The position numbers and the translations under genes are program-made. A DNA stretch of 61,461 nt, counting the filler, from Sphacelaria rigidula (taxonomy: Eukaryota): NCBI GenBank assembly GCA_964200075.2. It is 11 parts of 11 records of this genome, joined end to end, with 100 filler letters (N's around TTAATTAATTAA, not from the genome) between each part and the next. Parts side by side here need not be neighbours in the genome. Positions count along the whole stretch, not along the records: positions 44,774 to 50,269 come from CAXNAA020026853.1; positions 50,370 to 55,865 come from CAXNAA020026854.1; positions 55,966 to 61,461 come from CAXNAA020026855.1; 8 more parts are not named here. The stretch is one strand, 5' to 3'. The first letter of the stretch is position 1. Each line of letters starts with the position of its first letter. Below, piece after piece: positions 46,610 through 58,293 of the stretch. The notes beneath the pieces are model-generated. The model saw only the letters and a program-made list of their open reading frames with translations. It was not told the origin of the DNA and did no database searches.

Positions 46610-48379
46610 GTGCAGTACAGTACTGTTATTGTCGGCATTAGCTATCGAGGTGTCACGTAATCATAAATATAAGGTATTTTCACTAGTCATCTATAGAGGG
46701 AAAGATGCCCTATATTTGTTGCTTAGAATGCCTTGCCTGTGTGCGGTGTTATTTGTGTCGCACAGGCGTGCAGTCGTGAAGAAGGAAGTACAGCCCAGAC
46801 TGCAAGCTGACATGTCTTCCGGGGTCGAGAAAAACGAAGAGTAGTTGTGCGAGAAAGTTTTATTGAAGTGTCGGTGCCGTAAAGGGGCAGTGTTTCTATG
46901 CTTTAATCCTCCTTGTATATTGGAGCCGAACCCATCGCTCAGACTATGGTATCTTTCCGAGGACCAGTACTGTACCTCAGCTTGACTTTGGTGAAGGGGG
47001 ATACTTGTAGGCCAACAGCAAGTACGATCAGGTGTAGCACCCAATTCTTTCCTGTGCATTTCTGCTGTTTTATTTGCCCATATGCCAGCTGGATGTAGGC
47101 CTGCTAATGTAGCCTTACACGCGCACAGCTGTTCGGTACACTAGTAAAGTACAGTAGTGGTAACAAGGCTAGTGGCTCTATTCAACAAGATCAACAGCGG
47201 GAACTGACCAAGTTGTGGCCGAAGGTGGGGTATGGAAACTGGTTCCTACACGGGACCCAACCGTCAACGCCACGCCACCAGCCACCAGCACAACAACGAG
47301 TGCAAACCAGCCCTACACGAGAGAACTAAAGCGCATGCAGCTTGAGCCTATGCAATGTTTTTTGGCACCAACTAAAATATGGAACCCTTTTAACACCCCC
47401 CACCCTCCTGCGACCTTGAGTCCAGCCAGTTATTTTGGAGAAAGGCGATAGCATATGGAGGTTGCTGTGACAGTAGTGATCGATAAAGGAAATACGCGGA
47501 ATTGCTTAAGCGCCGCCCAAGCGTCATGCTAGGGTCTTCCTCGTCTACAATATCGCCGTCATCTGCGGGACTGTCAAAGCAGCAGCAGGCCGCGGATACT
47601 AGAACGGTCAACCCGTGGGCGTGTGCCGTAGGTTGACCTAGATCAATCGACCACTGAAAATGTCTAACAAACAACTGCTCCAGTGAAAATATCCAAGTGT
47701 AAGTCGGGAGTCGAGGATCACGGAGTACAATGTAAGTAGTTAAAGCAAGCGTTACTCTTACGAGCGAAAAGCTGCTCGGCTACAAAAACGAGGTCACCAG
47801 CATTCAAGGACAGCTGATGATATTGTTCCGAAATGAGGTATGGTGCCCCAAGGGGCTGCGAGGTCAGGCATACCAACCCCCCATTTTTTCGGATATAGTA
47901 CCAGATATGACGGAGTATATCACCTCTTCCCCTGTATTACAGTATAGATGCCGTTGCGGATAAGAGCCCAGCCCCAAGTTTTCGGATATGGAGCCAAGTC
48001 CCCATGGCATAGCACCACCTCCGCTCCCCCCCGCTCGGTGACGGGTATTCATACCCTGAACAAAATGGACAATACGCGGTCAATAGTAGGCGCCACAGGC
48101 TTTATTTTACTCAAAAGACCTTTTCTATTGCAACTATTGACCACGTTTTTCAGGGTGTGCAGATTTTCAAGCTCATTTTTTTCGAATGCTGGGTTGGCGC
48201 CGCCGCCAACGGTTGCGAATATGCCAAGGCAGGCCGAATAGAGTATGCTCAACACTCGTAATTGTTGAAAAGCCATATATTCAACATAGTCTGTGAAGTG
48301 ACGTCACGAAGTCGCCGATGGTCACGGTTACCCATCATACCCAAGTGATACTCTATACCTGACTATTACTTAAATGACC

Positions 48380-48725
48380 TACCCAATATTTGGGTAGAGT
48401 ATGTGGGGTCGTACTCAATCTGTCCAATAGCTGAGTAGAATATTTGAGGTCACACTGAATATATCTAAAATTTGGGTAGAGTATTTGAGGTCGTACTCAA
48501 TCTACCCAAAAATTGAGTAGAGTTGAGGGCATACTCAATCTAATTGATTCAAAAAGTGGGCAGAATGTTGGGGTCATACTCAAGTGATACTCTCTACCCA
48601 GGTATTGTCAAGAGTGCTTACCCAATATTTGGGTGTAGTATTCGAGGTCGTACTCAATCCACCCCAAAATATAGTAGAATATGTGAGGCCGCACCCAATA
48701 TCCCCAAACGTTGGGTAGAGTAAAT
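48380..48725. repeat. 41-bp degenerate tandem repeat with palindromic core
   Basis: Units at 48380, 48421, 48462, 48503... of tacccaatatttgggtagagtatttgaggtcgtactcaatc; related sequence at ~32865-33110. Confidence 0.85.
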
Positions 48726-49132
48726 ACCCGGTTGTTTTCCCCCGAGTATTCAAAAGTACAACAACCTACAACAACCAGCTCGTCCTACCCTTGCAAACAT
48801 GCCTGGTGGTACCTGGAGTATGGACATACACAATATTTAGTATACCATAGTACCTCCCGGGTATTGTGTCCTCTATCCGACTCCAAGCATCTTTGGTTGT
48901 GTCGTTGGATGTATCTGGTCGAGATTTTTTTATTGTTATTATTTTGAACTCTCTCCTGGGTGACCTAAAGGTGTAGACTGGCGTCCAGAATAGATGGGAT
49001 GACAACACACACACACACACACACACAGCTCCATTACTCAAGTGGTCGAATGAATTTTGCAATCAATGCTCTGTGGGCGTTTTTCCTTCCTGTTTTCGCC
49101 GTTCGGGTTTTATGGTCTGTTCTTCACCCCAG

Positions 49133-49302
49133 CACCATGAGCAGGTGCGGAAGGTGAACATCGCCTACGACAACGAAGAAGAGGAGGACGACGAGAAAGG
49201 CTATGACGATGGCTTCGGCACGGGCCGCGGCAACGGAGCAGCTGCGCCCATTGAACCGGAAAATATCAAGCCAAGCGTGGAGGAGAGCAACGGCGAAGTC
49301 AG
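49133..49302 (+). CDS. SART1: Probable SART1/Snu66 exon leading into the HIND motif
   Basis: cccag acceptor, phase 0, compatible with 46609; HHEQVRKVNIAYDNEEEEDDEKG...IKPSVEESNGEV(S); GEVS would precede xSIEETN in SART1, but that exon is off-contig. Confidence 0.55.
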
Positions 49303-49399
49303 GTCGGTCTGCGATACGTCGACACCGATGGGAAGTTGGACCATGTCACGCTGATACACAGTTGGGCCGTTGCACCGCTGGCCTGTTACTGTCCACCGT

Positions 49400-49465
49400 G
49401 TTGATTTGATTGATTGATTGTCGCACTTTAACTGACCCCCCAGGTGTCCAGCCGTGGTCTCATGA
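49400..49465 (-). mobile_element. Retroposon 3' end with (AATC)n tail
   Basis: Also at 50018-50090 (+) and 54775-54845 (-): accacggctgga.cctggg..tca..t.aagtgcgacaatc(aatc)n. Confidence 0.7.
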
Positions 49466-50149
49466 TAGACGTACCCAAGAAAAACGAAACTGAAACACGC
49501 TCTGAGAAAAAAAGAAGGAACAGTAAAAAAGAAAAGAAAGAGGGTTCGAACAGAACGACATGGCAGACGAAGCCGTGACAAAAAAAAGTAATAAAAAAGT
49601 CAACACAAGCAAGTTGTTGCTGTTGTTGTTGTTATTTTTGTTGTCGATATTGGTATTGGCATTAGTATTTGTTATTCTTGTTTGAATTTAGCTCTTAATA
49701 GTATATCGGCACATTGGCCCGATCTCTCGAACCCTTGGTCACGGATGTAGGCTCGCCTTTCGAGCACCGTCACTCCTATTCCTCAGATCAGACACAAGCG
49801 CTTATTGAGTGGCTTCTTCTGAGGCTCCAAAACCAAAGAAAATGAAGCGATAAGAGAGACATCAACAAAGCGTAGCGGAACCCCCCCCTCCCCCCGAGTT
49901 GGTCGGGGTATGGTGAAATAAACAAATCAGATCTTCCAATAAAGCAAAAGAACAATTCGTAAGTAAAACAACAACAAGTACAACCCGGGCAGGGGAGTAT
50001 CCTGGTACGTATATATCATATGACCACGGCTGGATCCCTGGGAGGATCAGCTCAAGTGCGACAATCGATAATCAGCCAAATCAATCAAGTATACATGAAT
50101 TTATTCCCGCCGTTGTTTAATTTATGGGTATGGGTGGTATGCTCCTTGC

Positions 50150-50193
50150 ACTCTGTGACCACGGGTTTGAGAGATCGAGCTAATGTGACGAAC

Positions 50194-50256
<63 letters not shown>

Positions 50257-50269
50257 GAGCTAATGATAG
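50150..50269 (+). mobile_element. Retroposon 3' end with (AAT)n tail
   Basis: gtgaccacgggtttgagagatcgagctaatgtg then (AAT)n; related copies ~970-1035, ~18900-18968, ~49610-49745 (-). Confidence 0.7.
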
Positions 50270-50369
50270 NNNNNNNNNNNNNNNNNNNNNNNNNNNNNNN
50301 NNNNNNNNNNNNNTTAATTAATTAANNNNNNNNNNNNNNNNNNNNNNNNNNNNNNNNNNNNNNNNNNNN
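50270..50369. other. Artificial contig linker
   Basis: Same 100-bp spacer. Confidence 0.99.
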
Positions 50370-50449
50370 CCCCCCGTTTTTCTTTTCGACTTTTTTTTTT
50401 TTCCGTTTTTTTGTTTCCCACCATGCATTGATTGTGACATCTTCTTCAG

Positions 50450-50580
50450 GACAAGCGCTCGAACTACGACACGGATATGTTCACGCCCTTGTTCGGTGCA
50501 ATCCAACGCGTGGTCGGGTGTCCGCCGTACGCCGGTCGTGTCGGCGCCGCCGACACCGATCTCCGAGACACGGCCTACAG
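50450..50580 (+). CDS. AARS: Alanyl-tRNA synthetase exon (absent from the ORF track)
   Basis: ttcag acceptor, GTAGGT donor; DKRSNYDTDMFTPLFGAIQRVVGCPPYAGRVGAADTDLRDTAYR (SNYDTD and D.AYR motifs of eukaryote-type AlaRS). Confidence 0.95.
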
Positions 50581-52954
50581 GTAGGTGATCGGAAACACTT
50601 GTATAACTTGGTCGATTGATTGCTTATTGGTATCGCTAGGTACTGGCGAAGCCGGCCAGTACATGACAGTATCCTGGATCATGACACACTGGCTGGATCA
50701 GCAGTCAGTATCCTGGATCCTGCCAGTACCTTGCGTCCACGGCGGAACCTCGCCACGGGCATTTTTTAAGCGATTTGCCTTGACTATAAGGGGGAAATAT
50801 AGTTCGACTACTTGTGGCGAATTCGGATGGGTTTCCGTTGAATAATGAGGCGTTAGAGTGGGACGTCTGTAAATGGGAAAGTGCCACACCCTGGATAATA
50901 TACGGACAACAGTCGCACTAGGCCTGTATTGGACGCGGTACGTTTTTTATTGCAACTATTGACCACATCTTGTCCATCCAGGGTTTGGAAAGTACTGACA
51001 GTATGGCCTGGTATTTTTCCAGTGCCAATACACTGGCACAGTACCAGTAGTACTGCCAGTGTGTCATGTTCCAGTACCCCAGTACCCTAGTTGTTGCACA
51101 CTAACTGATTCGATACGAATGCACCTGTCATCACCTACGTGCTGGACGTGTACCCCCAACATTTGTCACTTGATTTTTATTCAGGTATTTTCTGTGAGTT
51201 GTTCAAAAAATGCACAAGTAGGTCCGCGCTTTCGACGAAAACGAGCTCTGACGTTGGTTGTGATGTCCGTCAGCAACACGGCCCGCGGCGGGGCAGCCTG
51301 GGAGCTGATGCCGGCGGCTTCCAATCCAGTCATTGCCTGTCGTTTATTATCGCGACCGGCTTCTACTTGACCAGCTTGTTGTTGTTGTCATTTGTTTGTT
51401 CGAGAGTGAAGGAACCGGTGCGCTTTTGTCCAAGAACATTAATTCGATAGGTCACTTCCATGCCAAGTACAGCACTTGAAATAGCCCCTACAGTCGGGCA
51501 AGCAAGCAAGCACGGCCGCGACAGCAGGAACCCTTTCTTTTTTGCACGAGTTGTTGTCGGTGTCGTTGTTGTTGTTGTTATCGTTTTAGAAATGGTCATG
51601 TATTGTAAACTAGTTGAGCTTGAACACGTGACGATGTTCCAACGCTTGACTCGTGCATCGTTTACAGGGTAACGTTTGATTGTCATTCGATACACGTGGT
51701 ACTTTGATCTCCATGTATGTATTGTATTGTATGTATGTACGCATGTACGTACGTACGTACGTATGTATGTATTTATTTGATGTATTTTGTTACCATTATT
51801 TATTCTCATACTCCCTCTGGGCGGATCTATAAGCAAGCTTCGGACCAAAAGCGGTCTAACTCGGGCATACGAAGGTCTTTTTACGAACCGTTTTTGTTTC
51901 TGTTTTTGGACCGCCGCTGCGGAACGCACAGAACCGCCGTCTTTTAGAGGTCGCACCGAAAAAGTTCATCACACCCCACCAGAAGTTGCTCGAAATCACC
52001 ACCCCAACTTTGGACCACCGCCCAAAAGCCTTCCCATCTGCTGGTAAGACATGTCTGCTGCTGACAACGCCTCTCAGGGGCAAAAACGCAAGAATTTGGA
52101 TGATCCAGAGAGAGAAGTAATTCGGCACGTATTGACGCGCAGCGTCGATGGCGTTCTGAAGCGTAGTCTACGGCGCGTCTCAAAAAAATGAAGGGTTTTT
52201 CCGGAATATTGAGGGTCCCAGAGCAAAAAACAGTTTTTGGACATTTCCACCCACATGCGTTTGCACGAAAATGTCGAAAATACGGTTTTGGCTCTGGGAC
52301 CCTGAGAATTGAGCGAATCTCCTTAATTTTCGGTGACGTGCTCGTAGTTGGTGCCACGAACGTACCGAAGAAAAGCTGGTGGGTGTCGTATCGTTTCGCG
52401 GGAGATATGGTGATTCTTAATAATCAGAATCTCACCCTACAGATATCGGTCATCCCACACGTCTATTTCACACTGTTTGCTGTCTCTTCGGAACCTCCTC
52501 TGTATATCGTTCACCGTACTCTTCGACTCTGGGGGCATATTGATGTCCTCCACGAAAAAATCTTTCGCTCTCCGCTTTCCTGGTACCTTCATCCGTATGT
52601 TCTCGTCAGATTTTGTGTCTTCGATCACTTCTATCATGTCACACGCAGGTATTCCTTGAAAACGAATACTATTTCCCCGCTACCCTATGCTCGTGTTTCT
52701 GTCCCCTTCCGCTTTCCCTGTATCCATGCGTACCTTCCAGCTTTCCATCCGATTTCCGCCCCCTCATTCTCTCATGACTCTTGGATTCCCACCGTATCTA
52801 GGTCGCACTTACTTGTCAGTTAGGCTATATTTTTCTTCTTTTTCTTTGTTTTTATTCGTTTTTTTTCTTTTCTTTGTCTCTCTTTTTTCTCTTTTTTTCT
52901 CACATTTTTTTCTTTTCTTTTCATTCATTTTCTGTTTTCTGCGCTCTTCCGTGG

Positions 52955-53485
52955 CGTGGAACGTGCGTGTGTCCGAACGACGGCCTCTGGCCGCCTCAAA
53001 CCCCGCCCCAGCCGCTGCTACCGCCGCCGCATCCACCATCCCTTCTGCTCCCAGGGTGAAGGCTTGCCCGGTCCCGACCTCCGTGGCTGCCACCGGCGCG
53101 GCGCTTCCGATGTTTTCCCGCCATGATACCTTGCTTGTTAAGTTTTGACTTGATCCGCCAACAACCTAGATACATGTCAAATGGTCGTCAAGTACAAGTG
53201 TGCACTCAGCGCAGAGTGCACACTTGTACGTGGCGACCATTCGGCGTGTGTCTAGGTAGTTGGCAGATGAAGCCAAAACTTTGAAAGACAAGCAAGGTAT
53301 CACGGACAGAAACCACCGGCAGCGTCGTGCTGGCGGCAGCCACAAAGGCCGGAACTGTGCAAGCCTTCACCTAGGGGGCGGAAGGGGTGGTGGACGCGGC
53401 GGGGGAATCGGCGGCGGTAGCAGCGGCTGTGGTGGAAATAGGGGCGACCGGAGGCCGTCGTTCAAACCCACATATGTTCCATGAT
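52955..53485. repeat. Long imperfect palindrome (~260-bp arms) in the AlaRS intron
   Basis: Centre 53210/53211; perfect core gtacaagtgtgcactc / gagtgcacacttgtac; arms alignable out to ~52955 and ~53485. Confidence 0.9.
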
Positions 53486-53985
53486 CCTACCCTCGACGTA
53501 ATTTTCGAATTATTACCTACTCCTTTGGTCTGTTATTCTCTCTCCGTCGTTTTTACTTCTGTTCTCCCTTGATTTTTCTTGCCGTTTCTGGTTTGGTTCT
53601 TGTCTGTTTGCTTTGGGTATCTGTTTTCGCTCCTCTTTCCCTTCCGGGCATGTAGTTGTCTCTGCCTTTCCTTTCCTCCGCTGTCCCGAGAGCTACGTCT
53701 CAGGGTCGTAGTTCTGTTGGATATACATACCCTCCCTCCACCCTACCCTTTTATGCCATGCCAACACTTAGCTTAGCTTTGTCTCTACCCTCTCCCACTT
53801 CTTGCTCGCTCTCTGTTGCAGCATGACTTTGAAGTGTTCTCCCCCCTTTCTACTTTTCTTGCTGCCGAACAGTGTTGTCCTACTTCTTCGCCTTTCCTCT
53901 TGCATTCTGTCGTTATATCGCTACGATAGAGCATCGCTCTCTCTCTATCTATCCATCTATATACTTCTTCTGTCCCATAAGTAAT

Positions 53986-54208
53986 GGTACCTAAATTTGT
54001 ACGGGCCCTTTACGATGTCCGTTCTTTTTTTTTATAAACTCTACGGTGTTTTTTGGGACAACTACTTTTTTTGCACCCGTTCGGCGGCATGGTTCAAGCA
54101 CGAGCTGCAAATTTTGAACATATTTTCTTAACCCAAAAGATACTGTAGAGTTCATTGAAAAAAAAAAACGATCGGACATCGTTAAAGGTCCGTACAAATT
54201 TAGGTACC
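53986..54208. mobile_element. MITE with long TIRs in the AlaRS intron
   Basis: ggtacctaaatttgtacgg.ccttt.acgatgtccg / cggacatcgttaaaggtccgtacaaatttaggtacc; a TA TSD is possible. Confidence 0.75.
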
Positions 54209-54448
54209 TTTCCTGATGGGACAGAGGAAGTATATATATATATATATCTATATCTATATCTGTATATCTATATATCCATCTATCTGTCCATCTATGTATC
54301 GCTTTTAATCTTTTCTTTTCAGTTTTCACTTTTATTTTATTTTATTAATATAGAGACGCCAAGTATCAGCACGACTAGTACTTCACCCGTCCACTCTCTA
54401 CTTGTCTACCCGTTCTTCCTTACTGTGTGTGTGTATGTATGTGTGTGT

Positions 54449-54482
<34 letters not shown>

Positions 54483-54953
54483 TTTCTCGAGCTTGGGGGA
54501 AGGGCGGGGCGTTTCAAGCCAGTTCTTGCTCGAAAGAGTCACGCCACTTTGGAGTACCACGTCGAGCATCAAATTTCGTTTGGATGTTCCCGATGTCAAC
54601 GCTAACATCACAGGCGCACATTTCACACCGCCCCACAGTATTCTCAGCCAGATACAACAGCACAACGAGTGAGAGTCCCAGGTTGTGTAGCACACCCATG
54701 AACCTCCTTGCTTCGTACAATCAACGCCCCTCCCTCCCCGTCGTAGAATTCCCCAATATTTCGTGTGTTTCATGCTTGATTGAGTTGATTTGAGTGATTG
54801 TCGCACTTTAAGTGACCCCCCAGGGATCCAGCCGTGGTGACATGATACACGTACACGAGACAAAGAGAGAACTGAAACACTCACTGAAGGAGAGAAGAAA
54901 ACAGAAAAGGTAGAGCCGAACAACAGAGTGGTAACCGAAGAAATGAAAAATAA

Positions 54954-55280
<327 letters not shown>

Positions 55281-55398
55281 TAGGTAGTTCGACCGACGTG
55301 CCTGGTGACATTTTTTTTTCTTGTGGGTATTTATTTATGTGTGTGTGGTGTTTTGTCTGTATGATCAGATATTGTTCCGGTCTCTTTCTTGTGCATAT

Positions 55399-55437
<39 letters not shown>

Positions 55438-55865
55438 TGTTTTGGCGTTTAGTGTCCGGCGACTAGCGTCTGGTGCTTGCTCTGGCGTTCATGTTTCACG
55501 TGTGTGTGTGTTTGTGTGTGTGTTTGGGTGTGTGTGTGTGCGGGGGTGTGTGTGTTTTTTTCATGTAGCGTGGTGATATTTCACCCACATGGATGTTTTC
55601 GAGTATCATTTTTGCCGCCCCCGAGTAATTCGTTCGCGTTTTTTTGCCGATAACCGGGGCGACTATTTGTATTCGCCACAAGGTTGGACGCTTCCCCGTG
55701 TCGCACTCTTCCGCCGTTCCCCTATCGTAGCTGGGATTGGCGTCGGTTGGCAACGGCGCTGTAAAACACGCCCACACTCACCGCGTGAGCTAGGCAACCA
55801 AGTCACCTGTTTTTTCACTTGCGTTTTTTTTTTTTTTCGTGACCATGATAGTTGTGCTGGTCGAG

Positions 55866-55965
55866 NNNNNNNNNNNNNNNNNNNNNNNNNNNNNNNNNNN
55901 NNNNNNNNNTTAATTAATTAANNNNNNNNNNNNNNNNNNNNNNNNNNNNNNNNNNNNNNNNNNNN
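55866..55965. other. Artificial contig linker
   Basis: Same 100-bp spacer. Confidence 0.99.
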
Positions 55966-57259
55966 GACAAGACCGGTCATGGCCTTCGTCGGAGGACGGG
56001 GAACGGAGGTATAAGGCGTGAGAAACACCACTGCACGCTGAAGCTACCGTAATATTTTGTAACATTATTATTATTACATTATTATTATGGAATATATTAT
56101 CGTAAATGTCTCGCCGCTCGATACACAAATCAGTACATTTGTGTCCGTTTTATCCCCATACTAGATCCAAATTAAAAATTATCTTTTTCCGAACAATAGT
56201 TTACACTTCCCAAGCACAAGCACGCCGAATTATGGCCAGTGCGCAACGGTTCTTGCAGCCGTGACTGCATCGGAAAAATCCATTCGTTATCATCAATACT
56301 TTGTGTCGAGGTTCCAACACCCAGCCGTACCTCTGCCGTTCAGAGATACGGTTCAATACGACGGGAACTCTTGTGTCCAGGTTCCTTGTGTCCAGGTTCC
56401 AACGCAACCTCTGCCGTTCACGGATACGGTTAATTATGACGGGAAAAACAATTAACCCTTTGACCGCGAGGGGAGGTCACCTGCTGAATCGGCATCAATT
56501 TTACTTGAAAAAAGTGTGCGTGATCCAGAGGGACTGCCCGCATCGCGGTCTGAGGGTTAATTACATACACTGACAAGACGGATTAGACAGGCCGTCAATC
56601 CAGATCACCGATTATTTGTACCTCACACAATGCCCGCCGACTCTCACGACGAGCACAACAACGGTGATCGGTTAAAGGAAAAGAGCAACAGCTTCATGTA
56701 CAGCCACTCTGGCCTGCGGCTCCACGGAATTGGATTGCATTACCGTCGGACATGGGGCGACAGTAATATGTACAGTCGCTCTTGTGGCTTGCTGCTGATG
56801 CTTTTTCCGCTAGCTCGTGGTGATTCGTCCCTGCGTGTTTGCTCGAGATGATCGCGGGCAGATGTCTCTACCAACGAATTGGCACGACATACGGGTGATA
56901 GGGCCTCATACTCAACACGAAAACGACAGCTCACCGTACTGCCTCGCTCCATACTCCCTCGCAACACGCTCTCGAACGACGCAATTCCCTTTTCGGCATT
57001 GATGGCGTTGACCAAACACCAAGGTTTGATTTTGATTTGATAGTATGTATACTTTCATGCGTTGTATCAGGTCAGCCGCAGGCAATCGTCGCTTCCCGAG
57101 TGATGAATTCCATGCTGGCTCTGTTGTCCGTGGGTGGGTTCAAAATGTGGTTCGTCGGATCAGCGGGTCTATGCGCAAATGTCCTGTGGAAAGGGTTCTA
57201 CTCTGACAGCAGGTTCTATAAATCTGCCTACGCCGGTGTGCACCAGTTCAGACATGTTG

Positions 57260-57612
57260 AACTTGGGACCACTCCAGAACCGCCGCATTCCTGAACCTGT
57301 GTGCAGATCCGGGCTTCGATCTGGACTACAGTACGGGATGTACATCGACTCAAACATGGGTTGGTTTGTTTATTTGATCATCTGTCCAACCAACCTCTGG
57401 ATCATCAATCACAGATATTTGGTTTTGATTGTAACGGCCCTACTTATCGAAGGGGGTTTTCCCTGTTTTCAACATCGTCTTTTGAAAGGGGATTGCCCCC
57501 ACAACGACCAATTTTGAATCTCACCGAGATGGAATTTTTTTACAGATCGAACCCCAGATCTGCACGCAGGTTCAGAAATGCGGCGGGGCTGGAAGTGTTC
57601 CTTAGTCCAAGT
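57260..57612. repeat. Inverted repeat pair (~65-bp arms), MITE-like
   Basis: ccgccgcattcctgaacctgtgtgcagatccgggcttcgatctg vs cagatcgaaccccagatctgcacgcaggttcagaaatgcggcgg. Confidence 0.7.
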
Positions 57613-57954
57613 TCTCTGAAATGCTACAGGCAAGACGTAACAAGGCAACACAACACCTACACACCCAGGCCCGAAAAAACACGCACAGACATCCACTACT
57701 GAGGCACATTATTTCCACCGCTGGCCCTAGCTAATCTACACACGGCAGTCTTTGTTTGACGGAAATCTGTTCTACTTCAGACGTATGGCAGCCGCGTGCT
57801 TTGTTGTGATTATATCTCCAAAGTACAGTACACAAACCGCGATCAGAATTTTTCGCATTTTGAATCGAAAAAGTGCTTTGGTGTTGTTGCGGTAGACTCG
57901 GGTCTACGGTTTCATCAGGACGTTCATGTATACGATTGCGAGGTATAGTGTATT

Positions 57955-58110
57955 GGTGCTCTGGAGCGCTCTCAACGAGTAGAGCAAGTCATTCCAAGGT
58001 GTCGATATCCGCCTAGCTCTCTTTTCGGGTGAGAAACGACGGAGAACACCCACAAAGGTACTTTTCAAGGAGACCACTCGTTTTATATATAAGAAGTGGC
58101 CTAAGGCACG
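57955..58110. repeat. Single arm of foldback family P2
   Basis: gagtagagcaagtcattccaaggtgtc plus flanks match 15890-16035. Confidence 0.8.
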
Positions 58111-58293
58111 CCCTGAACCCCAAATGTGGCATAGTCCAACACATTCCACCTCCAAGGGGATCGCCTACGATTATAAGGGTTAACCCAGGGGCCTGACGAA
58201 CAACGATTTCGGGACACATAGGCCCCAGGATCGAAATTTTGAGTTTTTGAGGGGGTGGGGGGTAAGGGGTTGGTTATCCAGCCTGCTGTCCCC

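Noticed and set aside
46766..47606. Extra exons of the RD-rich gene (RAVVKKEVQPRLQADMSSGVEKNE; KYAELLKRRPSV...)
   Set aside because: They need weak splice sites, and exon 1 already joins 49133 in phase. Unsupported without RNA data.
48380..48725. 41-bp repeats as a CRISPR array
   Set aside because: Head-to-tail degenerate tandem with no spacers.
56301..56445. Local direct duplication (ttgtgtc.aggttccaac...acctctgccgttca..gatacggtt)
   Set aside because: Two-copy local duplication with no further structure.
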